NCBI RefSeq assembly: GCF_009914755.1
Contig: NC_060936.1
Direction: 5' to 3' (one strand)
Length of the DNA: 64,000 nt
Source of the DNA: the human T2T-CHM13v2.0 reference genome, Homo sapiens
The notes beneath the pieces are model-generated. The model was not told where the DNA came from. It saw nothing but the letters and a program-made list of their open reading frames with translations, and made no database searches. Of the stretch, positions 11,519 to 24,529 are shown one piece after another. Position 1 is the stretch's first letter. Each line of letters begins with the position of its first letter. The position numbers and the translations under genes were made by a program.

Positions 11519-14500
11519 GTAAGGCCGCCTGGGCCGCGGGCGCCACTGGGACGTTCCGGCACTTGGTCTTCGCGGCCGGGGAGGGGGGCAGGGGAGAGGG
11601 TTGGGCCCAGGAGGCCCCAGACCATTTCGGGAATGCGACCCTGGCTTTCGACTAGCGTCCGCTGAGCTCCAGGCTGGTGGCGCGTCACTTAGCTGGGGAA
11701 GGTAAGCGGCGACGTGGAGGTGTCGGCCCTGCCCCGGCCATGGGTGCTAAGGCGGGGGCGGTGCGCACCGCGGGCCGCCTGCAGGCGCAGTGTGCTGCAC
11801 CGGACGGGTGGCTGCTCCCAGGCGCGTGCTGGCTGTGGTTTGCTTTCTCAATGCTGGTGTCCTGGGGAGCTGACGTCCCCCAGCTCAGGTCAGGGGCTTG
11901 CAAAAAGCCTAAAATGGCGATCTTGGGCCAGGGACTAGGGAAGGCTGGGGAGATGGGGGGAGTTCTCTTTACTGCGTTTTCCCAGTTGAAAATTGTTTCC
12001 TGCGAAACGCGATTTGTTGTTTGTGGGTCTGATTTGTGCGTGCGGCTTGGGCTCCTGCGGCTTTTGGCTCGGCCGGGGGCCTTGGGCAGCGAGGCTGGAG
12101 CCGGAAGAGGTGGAGGTGAAGGGCTGCCCGCCACGTCCCTCCCTCCTCCAGATGCCTGGCTTGGATGGCGTTGGAACAGGGCATTTGGAATGTTGTAAGT
12201 TTTCTGTTTCCTCTTTTAATTTTTTCTTTTCCATTTTTTTCTAGTTAAATTATCTTTTTTCATTGGTTTCCAAAAGCAGCTTACAAATGAGTGGTTGGGA
12301 AATTTCTGTGTGCGTGGCAAGAGGTTTTCTCCTGAAAGGGAATGTGGCTTTGGTTGGATTTCACTGTAATTTTGGTTGAGAGAAAGCCCAGCCAGAGTTC
12401 AAGCTCAGGGTTCAAGATTCATTTCTGCTGTAGGAGCTGGGGGCCTTCGGGATCTTTCTCTGATACTTGGGGAAAGAATGTGGAGGAAACGGGAGCAGGG
12501 GAGGAAAAGCTGAGGGGAACGACTTTTCCTGAAAAGTTGTAGCAAGAGCCTCAGAAAAAGGCCCAACCAACGGGGAAGAATAAACCTGCTCCCCACAACA
12601 CCGGCTACTGGTGACAGTATATAAGGGGCTCATTGGGTGTAGAGGAAGATGAAATACTGAGAGCGGAGCAGGCTGGGGGCGGCCTGGATCTCCTGGTGCT
12701 TTGTATATGGATGCGACGCACACGCATGCCTACGGGCGACCTGTGCCACACTCACGCACATCCATATTGCATGATCCTTGCACACTCACGCATGCCCGCT
12801 CACACATGCACAGGCACTCTTTTGGCGGGCAAGGGCAGAGCCTCATCCCCTTGGGTCTGCAAAGGTGGTCTTGGTAAATCATCCCCATAGAGACACTGAC
12901 TGGAAGATGAGCGCTGGTGTGTTCATGAGGATAAGGGGGAGAGTGAGGCGCCTACAGCCTCAAAGCCTTTCGTTTGGCACGTGTGCAGTGTGAAGGTTTA
13001 ATCTTATACCCTCTCTACAGACCCTGAGCTTGGTTAGGGAGCAGATTTGGGGCAGGAAAACCTGCATTCTAGCCCCCACCAAAAGCAAAGTCAAGGTTAA
13101 CAAGTTCACCTCTTAACTCGACCTGCACCCATTCCCATAGGCTCTCCCTTTCCTCTAGCTGTCCCCACAGCAACCTAATCCCTCCCACCCCAAGGAATCC
13201 CTCTTACCCTGTACCCTCTCTGTGCCCTTCTTTCCTCTCCTCCTGTTTTGATGTCTCCACCAGGCCAGAGGCAAGAGAGCTTTTGATTAAACTTCCCCAT
13301 TTATAATTTGTCTTGTCCCCCCACCCCACCAAACCTAACAACTCCAGTAAGAAAATAAACAGGACGTAGTTAGATGTGGAGAGCTTGTAAACAATCTGGC
13401 AAGAAGCTGCAGGTGCAGAGACAGGAGAGAAAATTCGGGACATTCAGATTTTTTTAGACTGCAACCTCAAGTTTGCCTTTTTTGTGTGTTTTCTGGTTCC
13501 TCTTAGGCCCCCGCCTCACCCCGCCCCCAACAAGATAAGATCCAGGAACCTGGCAGCCTCATTGGAATAGGGAGGAGAGAGAGCTCAGAGCCATCAGCAG
13601 AGTCCTTTGCTGGGTGTCCTCTCAGGTCTTTGGACTCTGTTTTTTGCCCTTAAAAAGATGGCCAGGTTCCCTTCTGCTACTTGAGAAGCAAGGCTGGTCC
13701 ATTTCAGCAAGAATGTGTGTCAGGGATAGAGGCTGTCAATAAGCTCATGGGAAATACACAGTATTCTATAGTATCTCCTTACAAAAAAAGACTCATGTAC
13801 ATATCTATGTGTGTGTACTTATGTGTATAGGTGTGTGTATCTCTGCAGGTATACATGTGTACTTGCAGGCATACACATCTACGTATGCACAGACTGGGCA
13901 GGGGGTTTCTAGGAGGCTGCATTTCCTCAGGATATGTCTCTCCCTTGACCTTAGGTCCTTTGGCCAGGAAAGTTGTTTGAGGACCCCTTAGGTTGCCCCA
14001 GCTCTGTTGCCCCTGACCTCTGCTGCTCTTACAAGCTCCCCTCAGCTGCACATACCTGGGAGAAATGATTAAGAGAGGAAGAGATGGCAATGGGAGACCT
14101 AAGGGAGCAGAGTCACTCTGTGGCAGCTCAGGTTGGGGTAAGAGCTGGGGGCCCAGGACAGGGACCACTGCAGTGGCCTCTGGCCACAGATCCTGGAACA
14201 AAGTCCCTCCACTGAGTTGAAACAGGTCAAAGCTCTCTGGGAATTTCTCTGGTCTGTGGGTGGACTCTGCTCTGGTCTGGGGCCTGGAAAATGCTTTTCC
14301 ATCTGGTTGGATTTTTCCAGAGCTGGAATGGAACAGAGAGAAGGGGGGATCTGGCAAGGTTTAGGGAATCTGCCAGGGTCAGCCAGCTGGGGGAAAGCCA
14401 GGGTACTCAGGATCTTTTAGATTAAGGTGGACTTGGGTAATTTAAATTTAATAAATGCTTGGAGGCAAGAACTTCCTCCCTTTATCTCCCTAAGTCTAAA

Positions 14501-14676
14501 CCCCAAAGAAATTGTAAGAACCTTGAGCCTAAGAGGAGCCCACCGCCAGGCCCCTGGGGCAAGAGCAGCTCCCCTGTGCTCCCTCAGCCACCCCACAGCA
14601 GGCTGGCAAAGGCTGCAGCGCTGAGAGGGTTTTCGACTTCGAGGGATACTTATGTAAATAATGTTATTTTTAACAG

Positions 14677-14954
14677 AGGAGATAAAGGCAGAAAACACCA
14701 CAGGAAATTGGCTGACAGCAAAGAGCGGAAGGAAGAAGAGGTGCCCCTATACTAAACACCAGACGCTGGAATTGGAGAAAGAATTTCTGTTCAATATGTA
14801 TTTGACGCGAGAGCGCCGCCTGGAGATTAGCAAGACCATTAACCTTACAGACAGACAAGTCAAAATCTGGTTTCAAAATCGCAGAATGAAACTCAAGAAA
14901 ATGAACCGAGAGAATCGGATCCGGGAACTGACCTCCAATTTTAATTTCACCTGA
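14677..14954 (+). CDS. HOXC10: HOXC10 exon 2 coding (homeodomain)
   Basis: Acceptor TTTTTAACAG|; [91 protein letters not shown]. Confidence 0.98.
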
Positions 14955-15756
14955 GAGCGCGGCCTCTCCTCCTCCCTTCCCGCTCCTTCCTCTCCCCGCC
15001 CCTCCTCCCTTTGTGCCTGGTGATATATTTTTTTTTCCTCCCTGAGTATAAATGCAATGCGACTGCAAAAAAGGCAAAGACCTCAGACTCTCCTTCCAAG
15101 GGACCTGTGGTTCGTGCTGCGAAGATGCTTCCACTTAAAGCATGAGAAATGGGGTGCCGGGATGTGGGGTGTGGTGTGTGCCCTCATAGATGGGGGTGGG
15201 AGTGTGGCTGGTGTGTGTGTCAAACCCTCACTCACCCACGCACTCACACACAGCATTCTGTTCTCCATGCAAAGTTAAGATCGAATCCATCCGCTTGTAG
15301 GGGAAAAAAAGGAAAAAAATTAACCAGAGAGGGTCTGTAATCTCGCAGAGCACAGGCAGAATCGTTCCTTCCTTGCTGCATTTCCTCCTTAGACTAATAG
15401 ACGTTTTGGAAAGTTCGGCTAGTGTTCGTGTGTTTGTCGTAGCACCCAGAGCCTCCACCAAACCCTCTCCATGTCTTTACCTCCCAGTCGCTCTAAGAAT
15501 CTGCTTGAAGTCTCGTATTTGTACTGCTTTCTGCTTTTCTCCCACCCCTCCTAGCACCCCCACATCCCCCATCTAGTAACATCTCAGAAATTTCATCCAG
15601 AGGAACAAAAAAATTAAAAATAGAACATAGCAAAGCAAAGACAGAATGCCCCCCCCCAAATATTGTCCTGTCCCTGTCTGGGAGTTGTGTTATTTAAAGA
15701 TATTCTGTATGTTGTATCTTTTGCATGTAGCTTCCTTAATGGAGAAAAAAAAACCT

Positions 15757-15762
15757 AATAAA
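15757..15762 (+). terminator. HOXC10 polyadenylation signal
   Basis: AATAAA followed by a GT/T-rich downstream element (ggttttttgttttt). Confidence 0.75.
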
Positions 15763-17243
15763 TTTCCAGAATCATAATCCTCAAATGGATGGTTTTTTGT
15801 TTTTAGTGATTTTTAGCAACACCCCTCCCCCGAAGAGGCTGAGTGTGTGGATGTGTGTGTTTTGTGTTTGACTCATCTCCTAGAGCCTTTCTAGAACGTC
15901 TCTTGGCGGGTTTAATGTAAGTGAGAGACCATAACGTTGATTTAAATATTATCCAGGTGACCACAATAAGTCAAGGTCATAAAACAGTAATGTCAGGACG
16001 GTCTTGGTGCGCGCGAGAGGTGGATTTTATGATCTGCAAATATAATGTGGTGCTGCAGTAAAAGATGCATTTAAAGGTGACTGGAGGAGGGAAAGAGGCA
16101 GAGAGCAAGCTGCAATCTTGAGGAGCAGACGGATCTGATTGCCTGGGGTGCTGGGCTGGGCGCACCCCACTGCTGCTGGGGGTCACCCCAAGAGCCCCCC
16201 ACCCATCCAAGGAAAGGAATAAACTTAACCGCTGGAGGGGCATGAGGAGCTCAGCCCCCCCAACCTCGACAGCAGCTAACAGAAACGCCAGGAGCAGCAG
16301 GAGGAGGAGGCAGCGACAAGGTAAGAGAAGCGGTTTCTTGTTCTTCTCTTGGCGGCGGAGTGGGGATGAGCGGTGTCCCCAGGTGTCCGGCGTGCAGCGG
16401 ACAGAGCCTGGAGGAAGGTGTTTAGGGCATCCGTGCTTGCCGAGAACCCAGGCTTTCCTAGTGGCCGCTGGCAGCGGAGGGCAGCGACTGGGAGCTCCCT
16501 CTCCTTCCCTCCCGGGCCCATTGCCATGGGGGTTCCACAGTTAAAGGGATAAATTGATGGTTTTTGGCTTCTTTATCTTTTCGGGCACTTTGGGTCTCCT
16601 CGAAGTCGACACTCTGGTCTAGGTGTTGCTCAGTCTGGTCGTCTGTTGGTGGGGGAGGAGGAGTACAGAGGGTTGAAGCTTGAAGCTTAGGTTTTCCTGC
16701 TTTTCGCTGGTTTGGATGTGAGCCTCGTCCAGCCTCTTGTTCCCTGTGCTCCCTGGCTGTAACGTTTTGCCAGGCAAGTGGCCTGATTGGAAGTGGCTCC
16801 AGAGCACAGGGCTATGATTCAGCTACCCACATTCGCTGAGAAGCCTAAACCGAGCTGAGAGGGAGAGGATCAGAGGGAGTCTAGCAGGAGAGTGCAGGAG
16901 AGCCAGATGGACAAGACAGGGGACCCAGCTCCAGAGTGGAAGGAAGATCCAGCTTCCCCCAGGGCCAGGGCCAGATGCAGGGGAATAGCTCCACTGCGGT
17001 GCTGGGGGTGGGGCAGGTATTTGGCCGCCAGTGGTCCCATTTCACCAGATTTTTCCTGAGCAATTTGCTTAGACCAGAAACTAATGAAGGCAGTCAGACC
17101 CCTTACCCACCCAGCAACCCAAAGTCTACTCTCTAGTCCTTAGGGAGGTTGTGGGGGCGGAAAGGGGGACGGGGCTGAATTTCTTCCTTCCCCAACCCCC
17201 TTCCCTTCTCCTCCAGATAGATGCAAAGCTGAATCTCCCGCCC

Positions 17244-17353
17244 TGCTCGCTCAGCTGATCTGTGGCTTAGGTAGTTTCATGTTGTTGGGATTGAGTTTTG
17301 AACTCGGCAACAAGAAACTGTCTGAGTTACATCAGTCGGTTTTCGTCGAGGGC
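17244..17353 (+). ncRNA. MIR196A2: pre-miR-196a-2 (5p 17268-17289; 3p 17305-17326)
   Basis: Mature TAGGTAGTTTCATGTTGTTGGG with complementary arm CGGCAACAAGAAACTGTCTGAG; canonical position between Hox10 and Hox9. Confidence 0.98.
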
Positions 17354-19315
17354 CCCAACCCACCTCTCCCACTCCTACCCTCCCCAGTGGGACTGCCCCA
17401 CTGCCCCCTCCCAGATAGGGCAAAGTGGGTGCAGACCAAGGAGGACAAGCTGTGAGTGGGGTTGCAGAACAAGTCTGGAGAACCCTGCTTTATGCCGTCC
17501 TCTCAACCTATCCCAATCCCTGTGATTAAGGGAGAGGAGTCTTTCCTGCAGCTATTGTCTCCTGGGCCCAGCTGATGGAGACAGACAAAGAGGGTCCAGC
17601 CAATTCCAAGGAAATTCAGGAGTTTGAGTAAGAGGTGGCCTGGCGGGCCAGCTCAGTTGGGCAGCAGGGTGGGGCAGAATTATTAGCAGAAAGAGGAGCA
17701 CAGAAAGAGAAGACGGTCTCTGGAATGGTTAGCCTCTCCCACCTACCACCTCCAGTCGACTGGGGCTCAAGATTCTCCTTAGAAAAGTGGGGTACCTGGA
17801 GGTTCCAAGAGTTGGGGAACTCTGAGCGCCAGCCCAGCCCTTTCCCCTTCCCCTTCTATAGCTCCATCTCCAGGGGAAGGACATGTTTGGGGTGTTGGTA
17901 GGTTAGAGGAAAGCCATCAAAGTCCAAGTAGAACCCCTCACACACGCACACGCACGCAACTGGGAAACATCAGGGCAAAAACCTGACTCTGGTCTCTGTT
18001 TAGTCGTCTGTGGCCTGAAGGCCTCAGTTTCTGTGGCTGTGACTGTCAGGCAGCTGCCTGTCTTTGCACTATGTGGAAACATCTGGGTGAACAGAGGCTG
18101 CCCGTGCCCACCATTGCTATGTTGGTGGAAAGGTTGTTGGCTGATGCCAGGGGGAGGAGGGGAGGAGAATGGGGTAGAGGAAAATCTGAGCAGTGTGAAA
18201 CTTTGCAAAGCTTCCTCTCATCCTTTCCCCCTTGGTTCTTCAATTCTGGCCCTGGTTGCTACAGAGAAAGTTCTCAAAAGAGGTTTCTTTGCCTGCCTGC
18301 GGGCGGAGTTGGGGGGGGGAATAAATGGGGGAGGGGTTATGGAGACTGAGGAGATACACCCCTGTTCTCAGAGATACTGGGGAAGAGAAGCCAAAAGAAG
18401 GTCAGGTTCTTGGTTCTCTTACTTTGAAATTATTATGATTATTAAAACATTATAAACGTCTAGACAGGGAAACAAAATTATGTCCCTGTAACAAAATATA
18501 TACAGAGTTCTATATTCTCACAGTCATCTGCTGGGAGGGATATATGTGACCTTGTATGAGTGTAGGGCTCTGTTTCTGTCTCCCCTAGGCTCTCTTAAAT
18601 ACCCTGTATGTATTTATACGCATACACATTTATTTTTCCCCTCTCTTATGCGAACATATTTGTTTTGACTCCCAAGGAAGCTGGAGGAGAAAATGGGAAT
18701 AGAATTTCCTGTCTCCCTAGCTGGATTGTTGGTCTGTCTGTCCCCCATCCCTTTGTGAGAGAAAAAATTTCTTCTCTTGGAGAGAAGTATTCAAACCTCT
18801 CTATGGCTCCCAGGGAAATGGGGAAGTTTCCAGAGAGTCAGGCCAGCTGGTGGGAAGCAGGCAAGGGATTCCCCTAGTTTGGGAGCTCCTAGCAGCCTTT
18901 GAGTCTTCAGGCTGCCCCAGGCACACAGTCAGTTGGGGCAAAGCGTGTCCCAGGCAGGGACTGGGTGCTCAGGAGCATTTGGCTTGGAGATAGAGTCCCT
19001 GATGGGCCGAAATTCACTAATGAACGACTTCTGTGCTTTGGGTCTCTGTGCCCCCATTTCCGTTTCAGAGCTGTTGGGCTTATGTGTGGGAGGTCATAGA
19101 GCCAGGGGTTGAGGTGTCTCCTCCCCAAATGCAGAGAAATGGAGCGAGGTCTCATAGGGCCAAGGTGAGGACCAGTCTGGTGGTCAGAGTCCACCCCCGG
19201 CACAAGGCCGTGGATCATGGCTAAGGCGATGGTAATTATTTATTCCCTTCGCCGGAAGGGAGTCTTCAGAAGGAACAGCGTGAAGAGAAGAGAAAAAATT
19301 ATCTCTCTCGTCTGT

Positions 19316-22300
19316 GGATATTAAGATGGATTTTTATTTCTTAAAGGACCCTCCCCGCCGAGAGCGCATAAGCGTAAACTTAATATATGCTCCGCAGCCC
19401 AACTCCAGAAATCGCAATAAAAGTTAAAACCTCCCCTACTGTTTTTTTTTTAATTATGATATGGGAAAGAGGAGCAGGATTTATAGAGCTGAACTCTCAG
19501 TGTATGAATGTTTGAGACTTGCGGGAGGAGGAAAAGGCAAGAGCTCGCCAAGGCGAGCCTTGGTCTCTGAGATCTCTCGTCGGCTGCTGGGGCTCCGGCT
19601 CAGCCTGGCAGATCCGCTGTGGCCTCTCTGGGACCTCGCCCCGGCCCACGGCCTGACTTCGGCTCGAAGATGCAGCCCTTCCCGAGAACAGGTGAAGAAG
19701 ACGGCGGCAGCGGGGACTGGGGGCTTCGGGTGGGAACGCCAGGGCTCAGGGCTTTGTGTGGGTCGTGCAGGGGGCGAGGTTCGAAGTCCTGGGCTGGACC
19801 GCAGCACGAGTGTGGCCCGGACGGCTGCGTGGCCAGAAGGGGTGTTCGGGCAGGGTGCGAGAGCACCGGCAAGGTGGATTGTGTATGGACTTTGGCCGCA
19901 GACAGAGCAGAGCGGGCTCCCGGGCTGTGGCCGGCGGCGAGGCGGGCAACCGCATGTTGAGTCTATAGAAAGGACCTTGAGGTCTGCTGGGTGTTTGGGC
20001 TGCCCTGGGGGCGGCGGCCCAGAGTGTGGAGCAAGCGGCGCGCGGGGCGCGGCGGTCAGCGTGGGAGAGGCTGCAGGCCCTGCACGCCTCTGCAGCTGCC
20101 GGGCCGTGTCCGGGACGTCTGAACTGAGGCCGACCAATGGTCACAGCATGAAAAATAAATGCAATGGAAGGTCTTTCTGTCTTTTCTTTTCCACGTAAAA
20201 GGTCCTTTCTTTTTTCTCTCTTTCGGATATACCTGGATTTGGTCCAGACCAGGTTGCCCGCGGGAGGGCCCCGCGAGCGGCAGCGCGCGAGGGAGGGAGA
20301 GAGAGGGAGGGCGAGAAGGAGGGAGGGAGGGAAGGAGGGCGGGCGGCGGCGGCCGTGGTGGCCGGGGCTTCCCTCCCCAGGCGGGAGCCGCCTGTCCTGT
20401 ATCTATGGCCGTGGGGAGCGAAGGACCAGGTAACGAAGGCGCTTCCGAAGCGGGATTGGACCAAACCAGAGGGACAGAGTCTTCTGGGTCTCTCTGCCTG
20501 AGGCCCTGGAGGGAGAGAAGGTAGGGAGATCGGCGCCCGCCGGGCCTGGCAAAGAGGCCTCGGGAAATGTTGAACCTGTATGTGATCTCAGGCTCACACT
20601 CATGTTGTGGGTCTGTCTGCCTCAGGAGATGCGGTTTGCCTTTCTGTCTGAGACGCCCCAAACCCTGAGCTCTCCTTCCCAAGGCTGGAAAAAAAATCGG
20701 GAAAAACGGCGGAATTTGCACTTTCATTCATTGGGTTATCTGCAACTGAGAGGGGCTGGTTAAGGCGTCCCCAAGTTGGAAGGGCGCTTTGCTTCTGTTT
20801 TCTGGATGCAGAGTCCTCTGACTCCCTCTGCCACGGGCTGAGTTTCCGGCTCCAGGTTCGCGTGTCGCCCTGAGGTTTGAGGCCAGACAGCTCGCAGTCG
20901 GGCAGGGAGGGCGGGGGAGAGACGAGCGGCTCTGGCCCCTTAATTGTACTTCGGGCTCGTATTGTCTCTCCTTTCGCCACCTCCGCTTCCTCAGTCTGGG
21001 CTCCAAAGTCACTGCAAATTTCCTTGCGACACATACATCACACAAAAGATCAGGTAACAAGGCGCTCAGGGCCACTGGGGCTCCGGGCAGGGCAGGGAGC
21101 GGCTCTAGCTCTGGGGCGGCTCCCCCTCCAGCCACTCCCAGGCTGGAAAACCAGACCGCGTTGGGGGAGCCGGAAATAGCCCCGCTTGCTGCGGAGCGTC
21201 AGGGCGGGGGCGCCGGCGGGAATGCAGGCCCGGCAGGCCGTGGCTTTGAGAGAGCCACGTTCACAGGCCCTGGGGATTTCACTCCTGCTGGGCCTCGGGA
21301 CCTGACTCCTGGTGTGTAGGGATCCCAGATACCCACCTTGGGTGGGGGCAGGACGCGGGTTTCCTCGCGGCAGGCCAAGAGAACTCAGTTTCTGCTTCCA
21401 GCGCAGGCCTTAGCTAGGAGGAGTTGTGTGTGGGTGTGTTTTTCCCAACAAAGAGGGATCAGGAGAGAGAAGGGGGGAAAGTAGAGGGGAACCAGGGAGG
21501 GGGCGGGGAGGGGAAGAGGGCAGTGGAGAGGTGAAATGAGCCCATTTCAGGGGGAGAAGGAAAATGAAAGCAAATGGAGTACGGCCTTCTCCGCGCAGGG
21601 CGGGTGCTGACGAGCCGGGAGCGGGCTCCCTGCCTGCGGCAGCCGGGATGGCCCGCTGGGGACACCGGAGAAAGCCTGTTTTAAATTTAATCCGAACTTG
21701 ACGGTGTGGATTGAACCGGAGGGAATTTAAATCACTAAAAGGAAGGCGCGGGGCAGGGGGAGGGGACGACTCTAACCTGTCTATCTTTCTGTCTGTCCTT
21801 CCCACGGTGCTAGTTTGGTTGTGGCCGCAGCTGCCCAGGTTTCAGGTGATGGAGTAAGGGTGCCCCTCCCCCTCAGGGGTCTCTCCTGTGCCCAGTGAAG
21901 TCTTTTGGGGGTGGGAGGGAACTCTAAGAACCAGAGTGAATGCACAGCTGCGAGCTAAAGCTGGGGTTTCCCCCTCCCCAACAAGAACTCCCAGTGGCCT
22001 CCAGTCCCTGGGTTTGCCCCAGCGGTGCTGAGGAAAATTGAAGGGAGTATGTGGGTGAGGGGAAGTCTGGAGTATGGCAGAAGATTCAGAAGGAGTAACT
22101 GAACCCCAGGAAGACAGACCTTCCTTCTTGGTGCCCCTATATCCTTTGTGCCCCGCCCCCCGCACCTACAAACCTGGATTTGAGGGAAATCTGCAGGTCC
22201 GCTTCAAAGCCCTGGTCTGCCACCCACACCCCTCCAAATGTGGAGAATGGGGGCTACAGGCCACATGCAGTTGTGGACCTGCGGAACCTCCGCCCAGTGG

Positions 22301-22510
22301 ACTCCGGAACTCCCAGCCTCTTCTAGCCCCCCTCCCCAAGGCCGCCTCTCTCCGAAGGGCGCAGGGAAAATGAGGCATTGGCTGGGAAGGGGCTGTGGGC
22401 GAGGCCTGCTTCCTGATCCACAGCCGTGCCTGCCTCTGAGTGGGAAGAGTTCGGAGGTCATAGTCCCAGAAAATAAAATAAAATAAAATAAAGGAAAGCG
22501 ACAATCTCCT
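19316..22510 (-). ncRNA. HOXC-AS2: HOXC-AS2 antisense lncRNA region over an intergenic CpG island (approximate bounds)
   Basis: Recalled position; CpG-dense 19.5-21.4 kb; minus-strand AATAAA (TTTATT near 19333). Exons not resolved. Confidence 0.4.
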
Positions 22511-24529
22511 TGGTTTCACAGGGGATTTCACGGCAGCAGGGATCCCGCCGGTGAGCCTCACTGCCCGCTGCTGCCGCCTCCGCAGAGTGGGCAGGCAGGG
22601 TGGGCAGGCAGGGTGCGCAGGCAGCTCAAGAGTTGAAAAGAAGGCGGTGTTCAAAGGGGGTAGGAGAGAAGGGGGCATCTCTTTACGGCCCCAATGTCTA
22701 TTTGAGGAACTCTCCCAAATAGCAGAGGCCCATAGGGGAGGCTCCTTAGGGACTCTTTCCTCCAGGAAAGCTGAGGCTGGGGCAGCTGGCCTTGTCGCTT
22801 GGAGAAGACGCAAAGGAAGAGCAGGGGTGAAACCTCTTTCCTCTTCTGTTTCTTCGCTCCTTGAATAGAGCAGGGCTCAGCCCCCAGCTGCCTAAGCGGC
22901 TGTCTGGACCAATATGGGGTTCTATATCCCTGAGGCCTAGAGTACCCATCCGAGCAAGTCTCCTGGGAGGGGCAGGAGAGGAGCCCTCTTCCGCCTTTGT
23001 GTCCAGACAGAAGTGGCCGCCGCGCCCGGAGCCGGTCCCGCGGCAAAGGCCCGGCAAGCCAGCGGGCTGCACAATGCCACGGCTGCTCCGCCAGCTCGCC
23101 CCTGCCCCGTCCTGCCTGCCTACGGCCGCCCTTCCTCCGCCTCCCTCTCTGCACGCCTGCCTTTCCCGGCTCTCCTATCTCTTTTCATCTTGCCTTCCTT
23201 CTTTTAATTCTCCCCCTTTTTTCCCTTTATTCTAATGCTCCGCTTCCTTCTTTCCTCTCTTGGGCCTGACTCCATGTTTCAGTTGGTCTGTCCCAGGCTG
23301 TCTCGGGTTCAGTCTCTCTCAGGCTCTGTCCCCTGATGTCCTCTTGGTCTCAGTCTGGCCCCGGGCCCCGCTGAGGGCTAAACGTCTCTGCTCATCGCTG
23401 CCAGCAGCCGCCCAAGTGCCGGGCCCGGTCCTCAGCCGCCCTGGGCTGGGGGAGGTGCTGGCTGTACTGGGGATTTGGAGAAAGCCTCGGCAGGGGGACT
23501 GGAACCTCCTGTCTTTTCCTTGAACTAGTGAGGGAGATTTTTTGATTGACAGCTAACCCAACTCCATCAAGGCCAAAGAGATATTCTGTTTCTTGTTGTA
23601 AGTTGGGCTTCCCAGCTCAGTCCAGCTCAAGGGAGGGGAAGACAGTGGCGCCAAGGAGCTGAACCCCCAAGTCGCCTCTCCCCAACCAAACACATCCCTC
23701 ATCCTCCCCCATGAGTTGAAATCCCAGCCCCGTTAAGCCGCCCCCTTAGACCAAAAAGGAAAAGGAAAGAGCCAGAGAGGGGGAGGAGCAGAGACTTGGG
23801 AGGGGGCCTATGGAGCTGGGGTCGGTGCTGCCAGCTGCAGCTGTCTCCCCCTAACTTTCCTCCCCCCGGAACACACATACTATACACACTCTCCCCAGCC
23901 CCTCTCCACCCCAGAGGAGAAAGATCCATAGAGACGCAGGAGAAAACTAGCCCCCGCCCCTACCCCTGGCGTTTGGTCCCCTCCTGGGGACAGGAGAGGG
24001 AAAGAAGGGCAGGCGTGGCCGGGTCTGGGAAGACTCCTACCCTGCTGCCTCCAGAGCCTGCATCTCAACCTCAGCTCCTGTCTATTTTCCCTGGCCACAG
24101 ACTGGGACTCTTCCTTTCTGACCCTGAAATTGCACCCCTCCTTTAAATTCACTCTACCCTGCCTAAGTGCACCATATTTCTGGGGGTTTCACCTGTCCCT
24201 TTCTCCCCACCCCCCAGCCAACCTCCATGCCCCCTCTTCTTCACCCACCCTGATAATTTCCTACTTGACTAAAGCCCCCCTTTACTACACCACCATGGGA
24301 CAGTCTGATGCAAAGCAGAGGGCTGGGCACAAACCCTCAATTGAAGGAGGAGGGTAGCAACCAACTTATTGGGGGGAGGAATCCAAGTTGTCTGATATTC
24401 CTCTGCAATCACACTGCCCCCTCTGGAATTCCTGCATCCGACCCCAAAGAAATTGCTTTCTCCTGTTCCTCCGTTGCTTTTTTCCCGTTCCAAAAACAGC
24501 CTACAATTTTATTTAATGAAAGATACATT

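Noticed and set aside
10498-11688. 396-aa antisense ORF over HOXC10 exon 1
   Set aside because: Non-ATG start and no recognisable domain; typical antisense shadow of a GC-rich coding exon.
12716-12815. Alternating purine-pyrimidine CA/TG-rich stretches (also about 13800-13890 and 33015-33110)
   Set aside because: Decayed CA-type low-complexity sequence; Z-DNA potential is speculative.
19461-20198. 245-aa ATG-initiated ORF and overlapping ORFs in the CpG island
   Set aside because: Several frames are open on both strands because of GC content; no recognisable protein.
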